From IMG/VR virus record IMGVR_UViG_3300020042_002824: 15,827 bases of DNA. One strand, given 5' to 3'. Origin of the DNA: a virus (lineage: Duplodnaviria > Heunggongvirae > Uroviricota > Caudoviricetes). Under the pieces are notes generated by a model, which did no database searches, was not told the origin of the DNA, and was given only the letters and a program-made list of their open reading frames with translations. Shown in pieces: positions 13,632 through 15,827 of this stretch (within the stretch, counting starts at the first letter, position 1; each line of letters opens with the position of its first letter). Made by a program: the position numbers and the translations under genes.

Positions 13632-14014
13632 AATCTTTCATTTAATAGTTTAAATGCTTCCTCAATAGCTACCTTTTCAGCTTCTATTCTAGAATTATAC
13701 TTAGTAGGTTCTGTGTGTATAAGATCACCTTCCACTACAGTATATGTAAACATTGAAGGTCTATCACTATACATTACTAATATTTCAACATTTAACCCAT
13801 TATCATCAAACACATCAAACAAAAATCTAGGATTTGAATCTATAAATGTTGCAACATATTCATTATCAAAGCTTTGTTGTTTTATCATCTCTTTAAACTC
13901 TTCTGGAATTTCTTCAGAGGAGTTACTTACAGAGTCTATAAGTTTATTATTATAAAAATCTTTAATAACAGTTGCTGCTTTAGGATAGGTTTCTAATAAT
14001 TCAATTCCTTTCAT
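13628..14014 (-). CDS. Hypothetical acidic protein (128 aa)
   Basis: ORF coupled by ATGA overlaps at both ends. Confidence 0.75.
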   Translation of the reverse strand: MKGIELLETYPKAATVIKDFYNNKLIDSVSNSSEEIPEEFKEMIKQQSFDNEYVATFIDSNPRFLFDVFDDNGLNVEILVMYSDRPSMFTYTVVEGDLIHTEPTKYNSRIEAEKVAIEEAFKLLNERL

Positions 14015-14217
14015 ATTTTTCTTTTTAATTGTTTACTACTTTCAGCCCACCAGTCTCTTTCAAACTTCCATTCGTTAGGTTCTGGGTGGTGTTTCTTGTC
14101 TTCGTCCACTGATTCTGCTAAGAGAGCATTCTTTTCGCTCTCCATGTCACAGAATTTAATTACATCATCTATACCATATTTACTGATTAGATGGGTTAGT
14201 ATATCACTGTTATACAT
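14011..14217 (-). CDS. Hypothetical protein (68 aa)
   Basis: ORF overlapping both neighbours within the operon. Confidence 0.7.
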   Translation of the reverse strand: MYNSDILTHLISKYGIDDVIKFCDMESEKNALLAESVDEDKKHHPEPNEWKFERDWWAESSKQLKRKI

Positions 14218-14761
14218 TTTCTTTTAATTTAGTAATGTCTAATATTTCAAATTCATCAAAGAAACCATGCCAAACTTCCATGTCTTCTTCAATCTCCACT
14301 CCTAGTTTATCTTCCCAAAATTGTCTCAAATCATCTGTCTTGTTAAAGACTCTATACTGCAAAGAGATTTCATCTCTTCTTAGTCCATTCTTTCTAATTT
14401 GAATAGCTTTAGGGAAAATATCCTGGAATTTCCTAGAAGTTTGGGAATATTTACCTTGTTTTACCAGTTCTATGTCATCCTTTAATCTAGGATTGATCTC
14501 ATAAACAACCACTACATAACCATCTTCATAGTCATAATCATCTATGATGGACTTAGTTCTTTCATATTCCTCATCAAGAAAGTCTCTGAATCTATCTAAG
14601 TCCTTTGGTTTAAATAAGAGATATACAGCATTTTCATACTGTACATCTCTACTATTGTCTTTTATATATCCATTGAGAAATCCATTGTCCAATAACTTAT
14701 CTCTACCTATGCTAAGAGTTGGAACAATGAATACGCTAGTGATTGTGTGTTTTCTCTCCAT
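14210..14761 (-). CDS. Hypothetical phage protein (183 aa)
   Basis: TAATG coupling with the upstream nuclease gene; acidic/aromatic composition; no recognised motif. Confidence 0.8.
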   Translation of the reverse strand: MERKHTITSVFIVPTLSIGRDKLLDNGFLNGYIKDNSRDVQYENAVYLLFKPKDLDRFRDFLDEEYERTKSIIDDYDYEDGYVVVVYEINPRLKDDIELVKQGKYSQTSRKFQDIFPKAIQIRKNGLRRDEISLQYRVFNKTDDLRQFWEDKLGVEIEEDMEVWHGFFDEFEILDITKLKENV

Positions 14762-15804
14762 TAATCTAAGTTTACTACACCATTATTAATATGATTCTCT
14801 CTTGATATGTTCCATTTATCATTAGCTAGGGCCCACTTAAGGTCTCCAATAAGTTGTGCAACTCCTGGATACTCTCTTCCTTTGTATTCAAAACCATCAA
14901 GAGCATTGTTCATACTGTCTTGAGTCATTGAATATACTAATGGATTTGAATAGTTTGTGCTGTCACAAACAATAAATTTAGGCAAGAGGATTTCATAGTC
15001 TCCATAGCCCATTTCACTAGCCCAAGACTCTGCAGCTTTATGATATAAAAATCCTTGAATGTAAGCTCTTCTATACAAATAGTATTCACTATAAAAGTTC
15101 TCTACAGACCATGTACATTTAAGGTCATACACTTGCACTGTCTTTGCTTTGTGATCTACAATCAACTTGTCCATCATAGATTTGAACTTGTGGTCAAACA
15201 CATCATATCCTTCCACTTGTAACTGATTATGTATAGAATACTGTGCATCAGATGTAGTGTTTACAATCTCTGCTGTGACAGGATTAGTTTTTAGTTCTAA
15301 TACTATCTTCTCAGCATTAACAATCTCTTGTGTTGTTACCACTGTAAGATTCTTAGGTCTCACCTCTCTAATCTCTTTGTAATAAATCTCTGCATCAGAT
15401 CCTATAAACTTACCAAGAACAGCATCAAGTTTTATCTTGAATCCTGATTCTGCATGAGCATCTCTACACATGTCTTCAAAGCTTCTAGTCACTGTACCTT
15501 CTTCAGATGTAGCTTCTACAGTGTGTCTGTATAACGCTTCTACAAACTCTAACATTAAGTTAGTTGGTGTAGTCATGCATGTAGATAGATAAAATCTCTC
15601 ATCAAATAAATGTGGTTCCATTAATATTGTTTCCACCATTCTACCCATTGTAGCTGCTTTGCTATCTTCATCCTCAACCACTTCATTAAGGATGTATTTC
15701 TTATGATACTTCTTCCTGTCCATGGAGAAGTCCTTTAAACTAGAACTGCTGTCTAGATAAATTGCTCTATATAGAGCTTCTGTGTTAACTGGTCCACTAA
15801 TCAT
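14761..15804 (-). CDS. PD-(D/E)XK nuclease, RecE/exonuclease VIII (DUF3799)-like (347 aa; start may extend past the window)
   Basis: DSSSSLKDF, AATMGRMVETILMEP, FKSMMDKL, VYDLKCT (D-L-K) and YIQGFLY (Q..Y) motifs. The frame stays open to the window edge upstream of ATG 15804. Confidence 0.8.
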   Translation of the reverse strand: MISGPVNTEALYRAIYLDSSSSLKDFSMDRKKYHKKYILNEVVEDEDSKAATMGRMVETILMEPHLFDERFYLSTCMTTPTNLMLEFVEALYRHTVEATSEEGTVTRSFEDMCRDAHAESGFKIKLDAVLGKFIGSDAEIYYKEIREVRPKNLTVVTTQEIVNAEKIVLELKTNPVTAEIVNTTSDAQYSIHNQLQVEGYDVFDHKFKSMMDKLIVDHKAKTVQVYDLKCTWSVENFYSEYYLYRRAYIQGFLYHKAAESWASEMGYGDYEILLPKFIVCDSTNYSNPLVYSMTQDSMNNALDGFEYKGREYPGVAQLIGDLKWALANDKWNISRENHINNGVVNLD

Positions 15805-15827
15805 GTCTGCTTTCTTTAAAATCTTTA

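Larger units (their letters stand above)
1..15827. mobile_element. Tailed bacteriophage genome segment, probable Bacteroidota host (possibly crAss-like)
   Basis: nrdJ, recA, dut, PD-(D/E)XK nuclease, HNH and GroES-like genes lie among many small hypothetical ORFs. Genes are coupled by TAATG/ATGA overlaps, lack Shine-Dalgarno motifs, and are preceded by Bacteroidota-type TAnnTTTG promoter boxes. There is no host housekeeping operon context. Confidence 0.9.

Noticed and set aside
6620-14789. Plus-strand ORFs at 6620, 7754, 8751, 9348, 9924, 11701, 12756, 13713 and 14544
   Set aside because: All lie antisense within well-supported minus-strand genes; treated as shadow ORFs.
1-15827. Stop-codon reassignment (TAG or TGA), as in some crAss-like phages
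   Set aside because: Long genes are intact under code 11. TAG (1604, 7014) and TGA (8591, 9431, 13628) end genes at sensible coupled junctions.
15797-15827. Possible 3' end of an upstream gene (KDFKESRHD*) overlapping the nuclease start
   Set aside because: Only 10 codons are visible; it cannot be distinguished from an N-terminal extension of the nuclease ORF.

Overview
AT-rich, densely packed, SD-less segment of a tailed dsDNA phage genome. The host is most likely a member of the Bacteroidota, based on TTTG-N20-TAnnTTTG promoters and A-rich translation starts. It is possibly Crassvirales-related, but no capsid, terminase or RNAP hallmark gene lies in the window. Two gene blocks converge on a bidirectional terminator at ~5815-5848. 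The + block (1-5705) has the tail end of a probable tail/fibre gene, a GT-A glycosyltransferase whose motifs resemble plant peptide O-glycosyltransferases (HPAT/SERGT1), two paralogous poly-Thr 'mucin-like' proteins, a Dps/ferritin-like protein, and seven consecutive very basic small proteins, five of them carrying recurring x-K/Q-x-G-G-like motifs. The - block (15804 down to 5847) carries a PD-(D/E)XK exonuclease, class II (B12) ribonucleotide reductase, a small Cys-rich protein, RecA, dUTPase, an HNH protein, a membrane-anchored zincin, a GroES-like co-chaperonin and a GT2/methyltransferase/GT2 cassette. The two best candidates for undescribed biology are (1) a phage protein O-glycosylation system acting on mucin-like virion proteins and (2) a protamine/histone-like core-protein cluster possibly processed at di-glycine motifs. 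All family names come from motif recognition and memory; no database search was run.
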